Positions 1 to 9,045 of a DNA stretch of 64,000 nt are shown here, piece by piece (positions within the stretch are counted from its first letter, which is position 1; every line of letters starts with the position of its first letter). The notes under the pieces are model-generated. The model was not told the DNA's origin, searched no databases, and saw only the letters and a list, made by a program, of their open reading frames with translations. The position numbers and the translations under genes are program-made. The DNA is from an uncultured Sporosarcina sp. GTDB taxonomy: Bacteria > Bacillota > Bacilli > Bacillales_A > Planococcaceae. The stretch spans positions 86,187 through 150,186 of the forward strand of contig CAOKMT010000001.1 in NCBI GenBank assembly GCA_948469885.1, written 5' to 3'.

Positions 1-633
1 GATGGCCATGTCCTCTTGAAATTCAAAGATGATGTAACGGGAGAAGACGGGGTTTTTGATCCTGGTGCGAATACGGTTGGATTGACGATTGAAGGGGTCG
101 GGAAGTCAGGGCTTCGCATGACGACATTTTTCTTTGAAAAAATGAAAGTGCAAGGAATTCCGACGCATTTTGTCGAATCGGACCCTGAAAAAGTGACGAT
201 GACGGTGAAAAAAGCGGACATGTTCGGTGCGGGCCTAGAAGTTATTTGTAGGTACCGCGCGGTCGGCAGCTTCCTCAGAAGATATGGCGCCTACTGTGAA
301 GAAGGCCAAGCGCTCGATGCATTCGTTGAAGTGACATTGAAAGACGATGAACGAAACGACCCGCCGATCAACAAAGACGCACTTGCGCAACTCGATCTCT
401 TGTCGGAAGAAGAGTATGGGACACTTGAAACTTTGACGAAGAAAGTTTCTGCTGTCGTAAAAGATGAGCTCGACAAGAAAGGGCTTGAGTTATATGACAT
501 TAAACTTGAGTTCGGACGTGATGAAAAAACAGGAGAAATCATGCTAATCGACGAGATTTCGGGTGGTAATATGCGTGTCTACAAAGACGGGGAATACATC
601 GAACCGCTAAAATTGGAAAAAATATTTTTTTAA
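1..633 (+). CDS. purC: SAICAR synthetase (PurC family), 5'-truncated by window edge
   Basis: Frame open from base 1; motifs FKDD.T, LEVICRY.A.GS, VEVTLKDD...DP, DIKLEFG, LIDEIS. Confidence 0.85.
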   Translation, partial: DGHVLLKFKDDVTGEDGVFDPGANTVGLTIEGVGKSGLRMTTFFFEKMKVQGIPTHFVESDPEKVTMTVKKADMFGAGLEVICRYRAVGSFLRRYGAYCEEGQALDAFVEVTLKDDERNDPPINKDALAQLDLLSEEEYGTLETLTKKVSAVVKDELDKKGLELYDIKLEFGRDEKTGEIMLIDEISGGNMRVYKDGEYIEPLKLEKIFF

Positions 634-640
634 TAATTTC

Positions 641-688
641 AAAAGCCGCGACAAATCCTATTAAAATGGATTTTGTAGCGGCTTTTTT
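641..688 (+). terminator. Rho-independent terminator after purC
   Basis: AAAAGCCGC..AAATCC / GGATTT..GCGGCTTTT stem followed by T-run. Confidence 0.75.
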
Positions 689-733
689 ATGCTTGAAAAA
701 GGTTATTAATCCTGTGAAATCCCAAAATCACGG

Positions 734-762
734 TTGACATTTGTTGAGGGCATCCTTATAGT
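734..762 (+). promoter_or_regulatory. SigA-type promoter
   Basis: TTGACA(734-739)-17 bp-TATAGT(757-762). Confidence 0.7.
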
Positions 763-1380
763 GAAAAATGTGTTGCAAGCGACACGGAAAATTCAGTTTA
801 CTCTTTTACCATTTTTAACAATTGCCCATTGATCGAACTAGTTTACGAATTAGTTGAGTGGGTGGATGAATTTAGTATGAGCATTCAAGATATTGAAAGT
901 GTCTTTCATATCAGCGAATCATCATCATATAAAGCTGTTTGTTTTAAATAACCAAAAGGAATGTCCGATTGTCTCTATGTCCCTTTTGAAAAGGCGCTCT
1001 TTTTTTGCTCTTCATACTGCAAGGCAGAAAGTCAGCCGGTTATGATATTGCCCCCTCTCATTTGAATCCGGCAATATTAAGAGATTTTGTAACATCACCC
1101 TTGCTATATCCACTAGGAATTACTGCGTACTATTTTCCAAATGCATCAAAACCTCAATCTAATTTTCACTTATCAAATCACATCCTTTTTTATCATTGCC
1201 AAGGAAGCGGCTCGGGAATGCAAGTTCCTGTGCTAAATTAATGGCAAGCTTCCGACAGAATGGATCGGTCTTTAAAAAGAGTAAACAGAAGAACACATGG
1301 TGCCATGTGGACAAAAATATGGCGGCCAAGAGAAGACATTCACCCATGCGGTGAATGAAAAGACTTGGAGGAAAATACTT

Positions 1381-1920
1381 TTGTCAAAAGAACAAGAGAA
1401 CCAAACAGCAGTAAAAGAAAGGCTCACTTATAGGACGCCGGCAGAGAATGACGGTAAGGAAGTATGGCAGCTAATCCGGAACACGGGTGTACTGGACTTG
1501 AACTCTTCTTACAGTTATTTGATGTGGTCGAAGTATTTTGATGAAACGAGTGTAGTCGTCGAGTCAGGAGGGCGGATCGTTGGCTTCATCTCCGGTTTTA
1601 TCCAACCGAACTCGCCAGATACGCTATTTGTGTGGCAAGTTGCAGTAGATGATTCCGAACGAGGTAAAGGGCTTGCCTCACGTATGCTGCAATCAATTTT
1701 GCATCACCACGCATGTCGGAATATTCGGTATTTAGAAGCGACCGTCACACCTTCGAATGAGGCGTCACAAGCTTTGTTTCGCAAGTTGGCAAAAGATTTG
1801 CAAGCGCGTTGCGAAGTAACTCGCGGTTTCACTGAAAACCAATTTCCCGACGGAGGACATGAAGCGGAGCAGTTATTCAAAATCGGTCCGTTTTACGAAG
1901 GATCATCGATTGGGCGCTGA
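1381..1920 (+). CDS. ectA: Diaminobutyrate acetyltransferase
   Basis: GNAT with [29 protein letters not shown]; TTG start after GGAGG at 1367; first gene of ectABC. Confidence 0.93.
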   Translation: MSKEQENQTAVKERLTYRTPAENDGKEVWQLIRNTGVLDLNSSYSYLMWSKYFDETSVVVESGGRIVGFISGFIQPNSPDTLFVWQVAVDDSERGKGLASRMLQSILHHHACRNIRYLEATVTPSNEASQALFRKLAKDLQARCEVTRGFTENQFPDGGHEAEQLFKIGPFYEGSSIGR

Positions 1921-1966
1921 ACTGGATGAACTAAAAAACTTAAAAATGTGGAGGAATGTCAAACCA

Positions 1967-3247
1967 ATGTTATTGACGAATGAAAGAAATTCAATGAAAA
2001 CGTTCGAAAACTATGAATCTCAAGTGAGAAGTTATAGCCGGAGCTTCCCGACAGTTTTTAAGAAAGCGAAAGGCTATAAAATCTGGGATACGGATGGGAA
2101 AGAATATATTGACTTTTTTGCAGGCGCTGGCGCATTAAATTATGGCCACAACAACGAGAAGATGAAGCAAAAAATTATTGATTATATTCTAGAAGACGGA
2201 ATTTCTCATAGTCTTGACATGGGCACAGTTGTACGCGGGAATTTTTTGAAGAAATTCAACGAAGTGATTTTGGAACCCCGGGGGCTTGATTATAAGGTGA
2301 TGTTTCCGGGACCGACAGGAACGAACACGGTAGAAAGTGCATTGAAAATCGCCCGGAAAACGACGGGACGGCAAAATATTATTAGCTTCACCAATGCTTT
2401 CCACGGCATGACATTAGGCTCTTTATCTGTCACTGGAAACGAAGCACTCCGCCGTGGCGCTGGCGTAGCGCTCAATAATACAGTCTCGATGCCTTATGAC
2501 ACTTTTTTGGATGATAACCAATCGATTCGCTACTTGAAGCGCTTTTTGGAAGATACGGGAAGCGGGATGGATTTGCCGGCTGCGATCATTTTGGAAACCG
2601 TGCAAGGAGAAGGCGGGATTAACGCCGCCAGTTTTGAATGGCTACAAGAAATTGAAAAACTATGCCGCCGCTATGAGATGTTGCTCATCATTGACGATGT
2701 CCAAGCGGGGTGCGGGCGGACAGGGACATTCTTCAGCTTTGAACCAGCAGGGATTACGCCGGATATCGTCTGCTTGTCGAAATCGATTAGCGGTTACGGG
2801 TTGCCAATGGCGCTTACATTGATCAAACCTGAATACGATACATGGAAACCGGGAGAGCATAACGGGACTTTTCGTGGAAATAATTTAGCGATCGTGGCGG
2901 CGACTGAAGCGTTGTCCTATTGGGAAACCAAAACATTCGCCGAATCCGTCCAAGAGAAGGCTCAAATTCTAAAAATGCGGTTTGAGAAAATCGTTGAAGA
3001 TTATCCTGAACTGAAGGCGGATGCACGTGGACGGGGCTTCATGCGCGGCATCGCGTGCGGGGAAGGAAAAGAACAGTATGCAAGCAAAATTTGTGCGAAA
3101 GCTTTTGAGAAAGGGCTGATCGTAGAAACTTCCGGACCAAGCGACGAAGTCGTGAAGTTTCTAGGCTCCCTCACAATCGATGAAGAAGGCCTGCGCAAAG
3201 GATTGGATATTTTGGAAGAAGCCATCGAGGAAGTCGTTAAGCAGTAA
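1967..3247 (+). CDS. ectB: Diaminobutyrate-2-oxoglutarate transaminase
   Basis: [54 protein letters not shown]; start chosen by RBS at 1950. Confidence 0.95.
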   Translation: MLLTNERNSMKTFENYESQVRSYSRSFPTVFKKAKGYKIWDTDGKEYIDFFAGAGALNYGHNNEKMKQKIIDYILEDGISHSLDMGTVVRGNFLKKFNEVILEPRGLDYKVMFPGPTGTNTVESALKIARKTTGRQNIISFTNAFHGMTLGSLSVTGNEALRRGAGVALNNTVSMPYDTFLDDNQSIRYLKRFLEDTGSGMDLPAAIILETVQGEGGINAASFEWLQEIEKLCRRYEMLLIIDDVQAGCGRTGTFFSFEPAGITPDIVCLSKSISGYGLPMALTLIKPEYDTWKPGEHNGTFRGNNLAIVAATEALSYWETKTFAESVQEKAQILKMRFEKIVEDYPELKADARGRGFMRGIACGEGKEQYASKICAKAFEKGLIVETSGPSDEVVKFLGSLTIDEEGLRKGLDILEEAIEEVVKQ

Positions 3248-3336
3248 CTTGAATTTATTTCATAATTGCTTACTTGGCGTAAAAAATGAAGTTTGTTGTG
3301 AAATATCCAGTGAAATTTGTGTTGTTAAGGTTATCT

Positions 3337-3379
3337 GTTGATTGGAGTGGAAGGTGTCCGATCGGAACGGAAATCAACG
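3337..3379. repeat. Internally deleted Bacillales interspersed repeat between ectB and ectC
   Basis: GTTGATT...AATCAAC inverted ends; 3' 25-mer recurs degenerate at 35905 and 46288. Confidence 0.55.
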
Positions 3380-3429
3380 GGTTGGATAAAAGGTAACATT
3401 CATTATTAAAAAAAGGGAGAGATGGGGAA

Positions 3430-3816
3430 ATGATCGTTCGTACAGTTGATGAAGTAGTTGGCACAGAAAATGAAGTGAAAACAGAAACGTGGGCAAGCCG
3501 ACGCTTTCTTTTAAAAGATGACGGGATGGGCTATTCCTTTAGCGAAACAATTATCTATGCAGGGACCGAAACACATATTCATTATGAAAATCACCTAGAG
3601 GCCGTTTACTGCGTCGGTGGAGATGGCGAAATCGAAACAATCGCCGACGGGAAAGTCTATCCGATAAAAGACGGGACAATGTATGCGCTCAACGAACATG
3701 ACGAGCATTACTTGCGCGGTGGTAAAGAAGATATGAGACTCATCTGTGTCTTTAATCCTCCGTTGACAGGGAGAGAAGTGCATGATGAAAAAGGCGTGTA
3801 TCCTGTACTTGCCTAA
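3430..3816 (+). CDS. ectC: Ectoine synthase
   Basis: [54 protein letters not shown]. Confidence 0.95.
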   Translation: MIVRTVDEVVGTENEVKTETWASRRFLLKDDGMGYSFSETIIYAGTETHIHYENHLEAVYCVGGDGEIETIADGKVYPIKDGTMYALNEHDEHYLRGGKEDMRLICVFNPPLTGREVHDEKGVYPVLA

Positions 3817-3869
3817 TAAACTAGAAACTTGAATCGATGCGATGACGTAAGGTCCTCATTGCTCGGCAA

Positions 3870-3906
3870 CAAACCCTCTCGACTGCTCAATTGTCGAGAG
3901 GGTTTT
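3870..3906 (+). terminator. Terminator of ectABC
   Basis: AAACCCTCTCGAC / GTCGAGAGGGTTTT hairpin. Confidence 0.75.
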
Positions 3907-3996
3907 CTTCTTGAACATTTCTACCAACAGGCTGAGGCATAAACTCCCAAAAACTGGACCATCCTCTTTACAGACAAACTTTAAGGAGGAATTATC

Positions 3997-4548
3997 TTGA
4001 AAAGAATTTTTACTGTTTTCACTTTCGTGTCGGTCGTATCCCTTGTGGCCGGTTGCGGGAAAACAAGCATGCAAACACCTGTCAGTGGAGAGCAAGCTGA
4101 AAAACTCGCTGCACCCATCGTGAACAATGACGGTGAAAAAATTGGTGAGGTCAGTTTAATGGAAACAAAAGACGGTGTGACAATTGACATTGCCGCGGAA
4201 AATTTACCACCTGGTTTACATGGTACCCATATCCATGAAAAAGGAGAATGTGCCCCACCAGACTTCGAATCGGCGGGCGCCCATTTCAACCCGACAAATA
4301 AAGAACACGGCTTTGATAATCGCAGAGGGTTTCATTTAGGCGATTTGCCGAATTTGGAAGTCGGCGAGGACGGGACCGTGGACGTCTCTCTGACGACAGC
4401 TGATCTTTCCTTAAAACAGAACGTGAAAAACTCGATTCTCGATCATGATGGAAGCGCGCTGATCATCCATGCGGATCCGGATGATTATGAAACGGATCCG
4501 TCAGGGAATTCGGGTGACCGGATTGCATGCGCGACACTTATCAAGTGA
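3997..4548 (+). CDS. sodC: Cu/Zn superoxide dismutase lipoprotein
   Basis: Lipobox VAGC; HGTHIHE, GAHFNP, HG..HLGDL, IIH, GNSGDRIAC metal-ligand motifs intact. Confidence 0.85.
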   Translation: MKRIFTVFTFVSVVSLVAGCGKTSMQTPVSGEQAEKLAAPIVNNDGEKIGEVSLMETKDGVTIDIAAENLPPGLHGTHIHEKGECAPPDFESAGAHFNPTNKEHGFDNRRGFHLGDLPNLEVGEDGTVDVSLTTADLSLKQNVKNSILDHDGSALIIHADPDDYETDPSGNSGDRIACATLIK

Positions 4549-4558
4549 AGGCTTTACC

Positions 4559-5689
4559 TTATTTAAGCAGGAAGTTTTCGGTGTAGTAAGGTTGAGACTT
4601 TTCATTGAACGCGACGCCTACTCCTAAATGGCTGTACGTGTCGAGCAAAATATTTTCTCGATGGCCGGGTGAATTCATCAAACCTTCATGGGCGAAAATA
4701 CTGCTTGATTGCCCATAGGCAAGATTTTCTCCCGCGCCATGGAAACGGATGCCATCATCTTTCATTCGGTCAAAAGGAGATTTTCCTTCTTTATTTTCAT
4801 GACTGAAATAGTCATGGATCGCCATATCGGCACTATGTTTTCGGGCGGTTCCGGAAACGGATCCCTCCCATTCGAGAATCGATCGCCCATGTCTGACACG
4901 GGCAGCATTCGTCAAATCAAAAAGTTGCTGTTCGAATCCATTTCGAAGCGAAGCATCACCACCGGCATAAATGCCGGTTTTTTGTTTTTCAAGCGAAGTT
5001 GACACAAGTTGTATCGCGGTGACGGATTCATTTTGGTGAAGATCATAAAATATATAAGCATATAGGTCGCCGATTTCAAACAGATCGAAGCCTTCGCTTT
5101 CCTGGAGAATGAAAATATTCATCCCTTTCCGGATTTCTTTTACAGGTTCACCGAGCGTTTCCCGCACGGTCGATTTGGCTGTGCCATATTTTATACCGAC
5201 ATCAGATGAGATAAGATCGTCATTCGTGTAAATGGCATTGACCTTTCGGTTACCATCAAATGAGATCATGACAAAATTCCGGTAGTTTTCATGGTAGGTC
5301 AGCCATTCTGTTCCATATTCGTTTAAGGTGCGACGGCTTGGTTGTCCAACAATCGAAGTGACGACATCTTCCGGCGTCCCGATTTCTATATTGTGCACCG
5401 CAAAGTTACTATGTGCGGGTTTTGTCAGTTCGGGCTTCTCTACTTCCTCGACAGCTGTTTCTGTTGTTTCGTCAGTTTTGGACGATAAGAAAAGCACCGC
5501 TTTGTCCAGCACATCACTGATTGAATGAATGGCGGAGGTGAAAGTGTCACTTGTTAAGAAAGAATCAATTTTTTCATCGACAGGTTCAAGAAATGAAATA
5601 TCGACGTGCTTGGAGACGGGGTCTTCCCACAAAGGTTTTGCGGCATAGATAATAGCGATACATAAAATGAAAAAGAAAAGCCGTTTCAC
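4559..5689 (-). CDS. CAP (SCP-like) domain secreted protein, YlbC-like
   Basis: N-terminal hydrophobic anchor; C-terminal HSADMA..DYFSH, GENLAYG, LMNSPGHRENIL. Confidence 0.85.
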   Translation of the reverse strand: MKRLFFFILCIAIIYAAKPLWEDPVSKHVDISFLEPVDEKIDSFLTSDTFTSAIHSISDVLDKAVLFLSSKTDETTETAVEEVEKPELTKPAHSNFAVHNIEIGTPEDVVTSIVGQPSRRTLNEYGTEWLTYHENYRNFVMISFDGNRKVNAIYTNDDLISSDVGIKYGTAKSTVRETLGEPVKEIRKGMNIFILQESEGFDLFEIGDLYAYIFYDLHQNESVTAIQLVSTSLEKQKTGIYAGGDASLRNGFEQQLFDLTNAARVRHGRSILEWEGSVSGTARKHSADMAIHDYFSHENKEGKSPFDRMKDDGIRFHGAGENLAYGQSSSIFAHEGLMNSPGHRENILLDTYSHLGVGVAFNEKSQPYYTENFLLK

Positions 5690-5799
5690 AATTTCGCCTC
5701 CTTCTTAACTCGAATAGACCCGTTGTATGCGATGAGGATTGCTTGTCGCCGCGTAAAAACGGTATACTGATAAAACTACCTAATGAACGGAGTCATAGT

Positions 5800-6663
5800 A
5801 TGACATTATCGAAAAAAATAATCAATGCACAAGTAATGGAAAAGAACGCACACTTATTCAGTTGCCCGATTTGTTCGTCTGGAATGGAACTTAGGGACAA
5901 GTCCCAGCTTGTTTGTTCGAATCATCACTCGTTCGATTTATCGAGGCATGGGTATGTCAATCTTGCGCCGCAAGCACATACAACCAAATATGATAAGGCG
6001 CTTTTTGAGGCAAGAAAAACAATTATTGAAAGTGGTTTTTTTAACGATCTTCTCAATTATATAACCGAAACCGTCTCTGCTCAACTTGCAAGCCGAAAAG
6101 AGGGGGTCATTGTCGATGCTGGTTGTGGAGAGGGGTCTCATTTAGCGATGCTTCTGTCGCAATTGGCTGAAGACGTGACAGGGATTGGAATCGATCTTGC
6201 AAAAGAAGGCATTGCGGTTTCCGCAAGAGAATACCCAGGCCATATTTGGGCGGTGGCGGATCTGGCGAAATGTCCATTTCAAGATGGGGAGATCGATGCC
6301 ATTCTTAATATTTTATCGCCGGCAAATTATGCGGAGTTTACGCGTATTTTAAAGCCGGGTGGCCTCTTTTTGAAAGTTGTGCCTGCTAGCGGGTATTTGA
6401 AGGAACTACGGCACGTTTTTTACGACGACGAAAAGGAACAACAAGAGACGGAACCTGTTGCACGGGTGGCAGCCTTTTTCGAAACGGTGAAGACAACTCG
6501 GATTACCTACGACTTTCCATTGGACAACGAACTGCTTGCCACACTTATTCGTATGACGCCACTTACGTGGGGGGCGAGTGACGATAAGATTGAAAAAGCG
6601 TTACGTATGAATATTTCTACCATTACCATCGACTTTGAAGTGATTACGGGTATAAACAAGTAA
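5800..6663 (+). CDS. RlmA/YxjB-like SAM-dependent rRNA methyltransferase
   Basis: Zn-finger CPIC..C.NHHSFD..GYVNL plus DAGCGEG SAM motif. Confidence 0.8.
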   Translation: MTLSKKIINAQVMEKNAHLFSCPICSSGMELRDKSQLVCSNHHSFDLSRHGYVNLAPQAHTTKYDKALFEARKTIIESGFFNDLLNYITETVSAQLASRKEGVIVDAGCGEGSHLAMLLSQLAEDVTGIGIDLAKEGIAVSAREYPGHIWAVADLAKCPFQDGEIDAILNILSPANYAEFTRILKPGGLFLKVVPASGYLKELRHVFYDDEKEQQETEPVARVAAFFETVKTTRITYDFPLDNELLATLIRMTPLTWGASDDKIEKALRMNISTITIDFEVITGINK

Positions 6664-6693
6664 AGAGTTTACTCAAAGAAGGGGGTCACATCT

Positions 6694-6792
6694 ATGTTTT
6701 CTGGGATAAGCAGTGTACCGAGTTGGTTTTATATTGTGGCGATTGCCGTCGTTATTGTATTTATCATTATTGCAGAATGGAAGACCAGGTAG
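6694..6792 (+). CDS. 32-aa single-pass membrane microprotein (not in ORF track)
   Basis: AAGGGGG RBS 8 nt before ATG; MFSGISSVPSWFYIVAIAVVIVFIIIAEWKTR; fills intra-operon gap. Confidence 0.65.
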   Translation: MFSGISSVPSWFYIVAIAVVIVFIIIAEWKTR

Positions 6793-6805
6793 GGGGGGAG
6801 TTTAA

Positions 6806-7459
6806 GTGACTAAAAAGCGTGTAGGGAAGCGTCAAAGGCCTAAAATAGCTAAAGTGCATGAAGAAATGGCAACAGATGCAATTTGGCGGCATGATGGTTA
6901 TGTGGAAAGAGTCCGTTTTGACGGGGGCGATATTGCAGGTTCCGAAGACGAGCGGCTGTCTTTCAATGATGTATTATTTAAGAGTGTGACCTTTTCTAGC
7001 AGTGCATTAAAGGCGGCTGAGTTTGTGGATGTCATTTTTGATACATGTGATTTTTCAAATGTTAATTTCCAAAGCGCAGTGTTTCTTAGATGTGAATTCA
7101 GAAATTCAAAATTGACCGGTGCTGATTTTACTCATGCGAAAATAGCGCATACTTTATTTAGTGACTGTGATGGGAAGTATAGTACGTTTAGCTTTTCAGG
7201 AATGAAAGAAGTGGATTTCGAGGGCTGTAATCTGATGGACAGCGATTTTTATGAATGTTCATTTCGAGAGGTTCGCTTTACAACATGTCAAATGAACGAT
7301 ATTAATTTTTCTGAAACGAATTTGAACGGGATTGATTTATCCACCTGCCTATACGATAGAATTGAAGTATCGCTTCCACATATCGCAGGCTGCATCGTAT
7401 CCAAAGAGCAGGCGATCGGTTTTGCCCGTGTCCTTGGATTATTCGTGAAAGAAGATTGA
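6806..7459 (+). CDS. Pentapeptide-repeat protein (YisX-like)
   Basis: Tandem x-D/N-F/L-x-x repeats (CDFSN VNFQS ADFTH CNLMD SDFYE). Confidence 0.85.
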   Translation: MTKKRVGKRQRPKIAKVHEEMATDAIWRHDGYVERVRFDGGDIAGSEDERLSFNDVLFKSVTFSSSALKAAEFVDVIFDTCDFSNVNFQSAVFLRCEFRNSKLTGADFTHAKIAHTLFSDCDGKYSTFSFSGMKEVDFEGCNLMDSDFYECSFREVRFTTCQMNDINFSETNLNGIDLSTCLYDRIEVSLPHIAGCIVSKEQAIGFARVLGLFVKED

Positions 7460-7493
7460 TGGTATACTAAAAGGAAAAAATAAATGGAAAAGA

Positions 7494-7967
7494 GTGACAA
7501 AAATGCTGACATTTGAACAGAAACAAGAGATTATCGAATCTTTTCCCGGGTTAACACGGAAAGAAGTCTCGATGAAACGGGTCAATTACCATTATGAAGA
7601 CAGTTTGTATGATAAGACGATCGTTGTGCAACATCTTCATCCGAACGGAAACGGTTTCGTTTACGTAGCGGGGGTTCCGGGATATGAAACGGATAATCGG
7701 GGGCTTGCCAATATTCGAGAGGCGTCGGAAGCCGAGTTACGAAAAGCGATTACAGATTCCATCCACCTTTTATCAGAAGAGGAAGCCGAAGAACAGCAGG
7801 TTGAAGAAACGTGGGTGAATGAGGAAGGCATTGAATTGAAGCTTCTGGAAGAAGAAGGGTTCTGGAATGTTTATCATGGCTTGAACTTAGAGGAAAGCTT
7901 CGGTGATTACGCGGAAGCGGTCACTTATATGAAAGAAGAACGATTTACACAAGTTGAAAGGAGCTGA
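7494..7967 (+). CDS. Hypothetical protein
   Basis: 157-aa ORF, co-oriented in operon; start may be ATG 7503. Confidence 0.7.
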   Translation: MTKMLTFEQKQEIIESFPGLTRKEVSMKRVNYHYEDSLYDKTIVVQHLHPNGNGFVYVAGVPGYETDNRGLANIREASEAELRKAITDSIHLLSEEEAEEQQVEETWVNEEGIELKLLEEEGFWNVYHGLNLEESFGDYAEAVTYMKEERFTQVERS

Positions 7968-7972
7968 TTCTT

Positions 7973-8152
7973 TTGAAAGGGAAACATCTTGTCATCGGTT
8001 TGGTTCTATTTGTGATCCTTGTCATCGGTTTAATCTACTTGCTTATGATGAACACGATCAATGACATTAAAGATGAAATGGAAAAAGAGGAAGCGGTAGC
8101 AATTGTTGTGGATCACGATGAATTTTTGGATTTCCATGCAGGAAGGTTCTGA
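7973..8152 (+). CDS. 59-aa membrane-anchored small protein (not in ORF track)
   Basis: GAAAGGAG RBS 9 nt before TTG; MKGKHLVIGLVLFVILVIGLIYLLMM + acidic tail. Confidence 0.65.
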   Translation: MKGKHLVIGLVLFVILVIGLIYLLMMNTINDIKDEMEKEEAVAIVVDHDEFLDFHAGRF

Positions 8153-8261
8153 TTTGATAAATTGGGGCGGGGGTTTATGAGATTGATCCATCCAACAAAC
8201 GATCCATTTTGTTGAAAAAGAGTTAAATAAATCAAAGTGTTTGTTAAAAAGGGGGACAAAT

Positions 8262-8549
8262 ATGGTTTTACTTTTTTGGCCTTTTATGCTCGCTTCCATT
8301 ATCTTTTCAATTGTTGGTCTAAGTAAGAAAAAGCCGCTGTTTCTCGTTATTTCTTTCTTCTTAATAATACCATTTTCACTTTATTTAGCTGCTACACCCC
8401 TATTTAAAGGGTGGGGGTTAATCTTGCCATTACTTTATCTTGGCGCAGCATTATCGCTTAGGAAAAATATGAGGTGGTTAGCGGCGTTGTTAATCTTGCC
8501 GATTATAATCGTGATCGGCTGGCTTGGATACGTTGTGATAACTCAATAA
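8262..8549 (+). CDS. Small multi-pass membrane protein
   Basis: AAGGGGG RBS; about 4 hydrophobic segments. Confidence 0.7.
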   Translation: MVLLFWPFMLASIIFSIVGLSKKKPLFLVISFFLIIPFSLYLAATPLFKGWGLILPLLYLGAALSLRKNMRWLAALLILPIIIVIGWLGYVVITQ

Positions 8550-8636
8550 AAAATATCACATAATCGGGCGCGATTGCGGAAAAAGGTGAGGTTTAGAAAA
8601 TGAAAGATTCCTGCTCTTTCCCGTTATTATGAACAT

Positions 8637-8668
8637 AAAAAAAGCCATTCCTTATAGGAATGGCTTTT
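8637..8668 (-). terminator. Terminator of csp (possibly bidirectional)
   Basis: AAAAAAAGCCATTCC-TTATA-GGAATGGCTTTT. Confidence 0.8.
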
Positions 8669-8685
8669 GAAAAGTTAAATTCAAA

Positions 8686-8886
8686 TTAGTTTTTTTCAAC
8701 GTTTGAAGCTTGGAGACCGCGTTCGCCTTGTTCGATTTCGAAAGTAACGTCTTGGCCTTCTTCAAGAGTTTTGAAGCCTTCACCTTGGATAGCTGAGAAG
8801 TGTACGAATACGTCGTCACCATCTTCGCGCTCGATGAAACCAAATCCTTTTTCTGCGTTAAACCATTTTACTTTACCTTGTTCCAT
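8686..8886 (-). CDS. Cold-shock protein (CspA family)
   Basis: 66 aa; KGFGFI (RNP1) and VFVHF (RNP2); AGGAGG RBS. Confidence 0.95.
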   Translation of the reverse strand: MEQGKVKWFNAEKGFGFIEREDGDDVFVHFSAIQGEGFKTLEEGQDVTFEIEQGERGLQASNVEKN

Positions 8887-9002
8887 GTTTGTTTCCTCCT
8901 TGTGTGCATTTTGCACACATTGTGTTACTATCCTTGCTCAATTCTTGAAGCGGTCAAGATTACCGAGACCATCATGTTGTCGAACAAAAATAATTCTTCT
9001 TT

Positions 9003-9031
9003 ATCATAACAGGACACCAGGAGGAATGCAA
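9003..9031 (-). promoter_or_regulatory. SigA promoter of csp, giving ~110-nt 5' UTR
   Basis: Minus strand TTGCAT-17 bp-TATGAT with TG extension. Confidence 0.6.
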
Positions 9032-9045
9032 GTGAAAAGGTTAAA

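Noticed and set aside
834-856. GAACTAGTTTACGAATTAGTT resembling an E. coli TrpR operator
   Set aside because: Imperfect match, no trp context, and TrpR-type control is not typical of Bacillales
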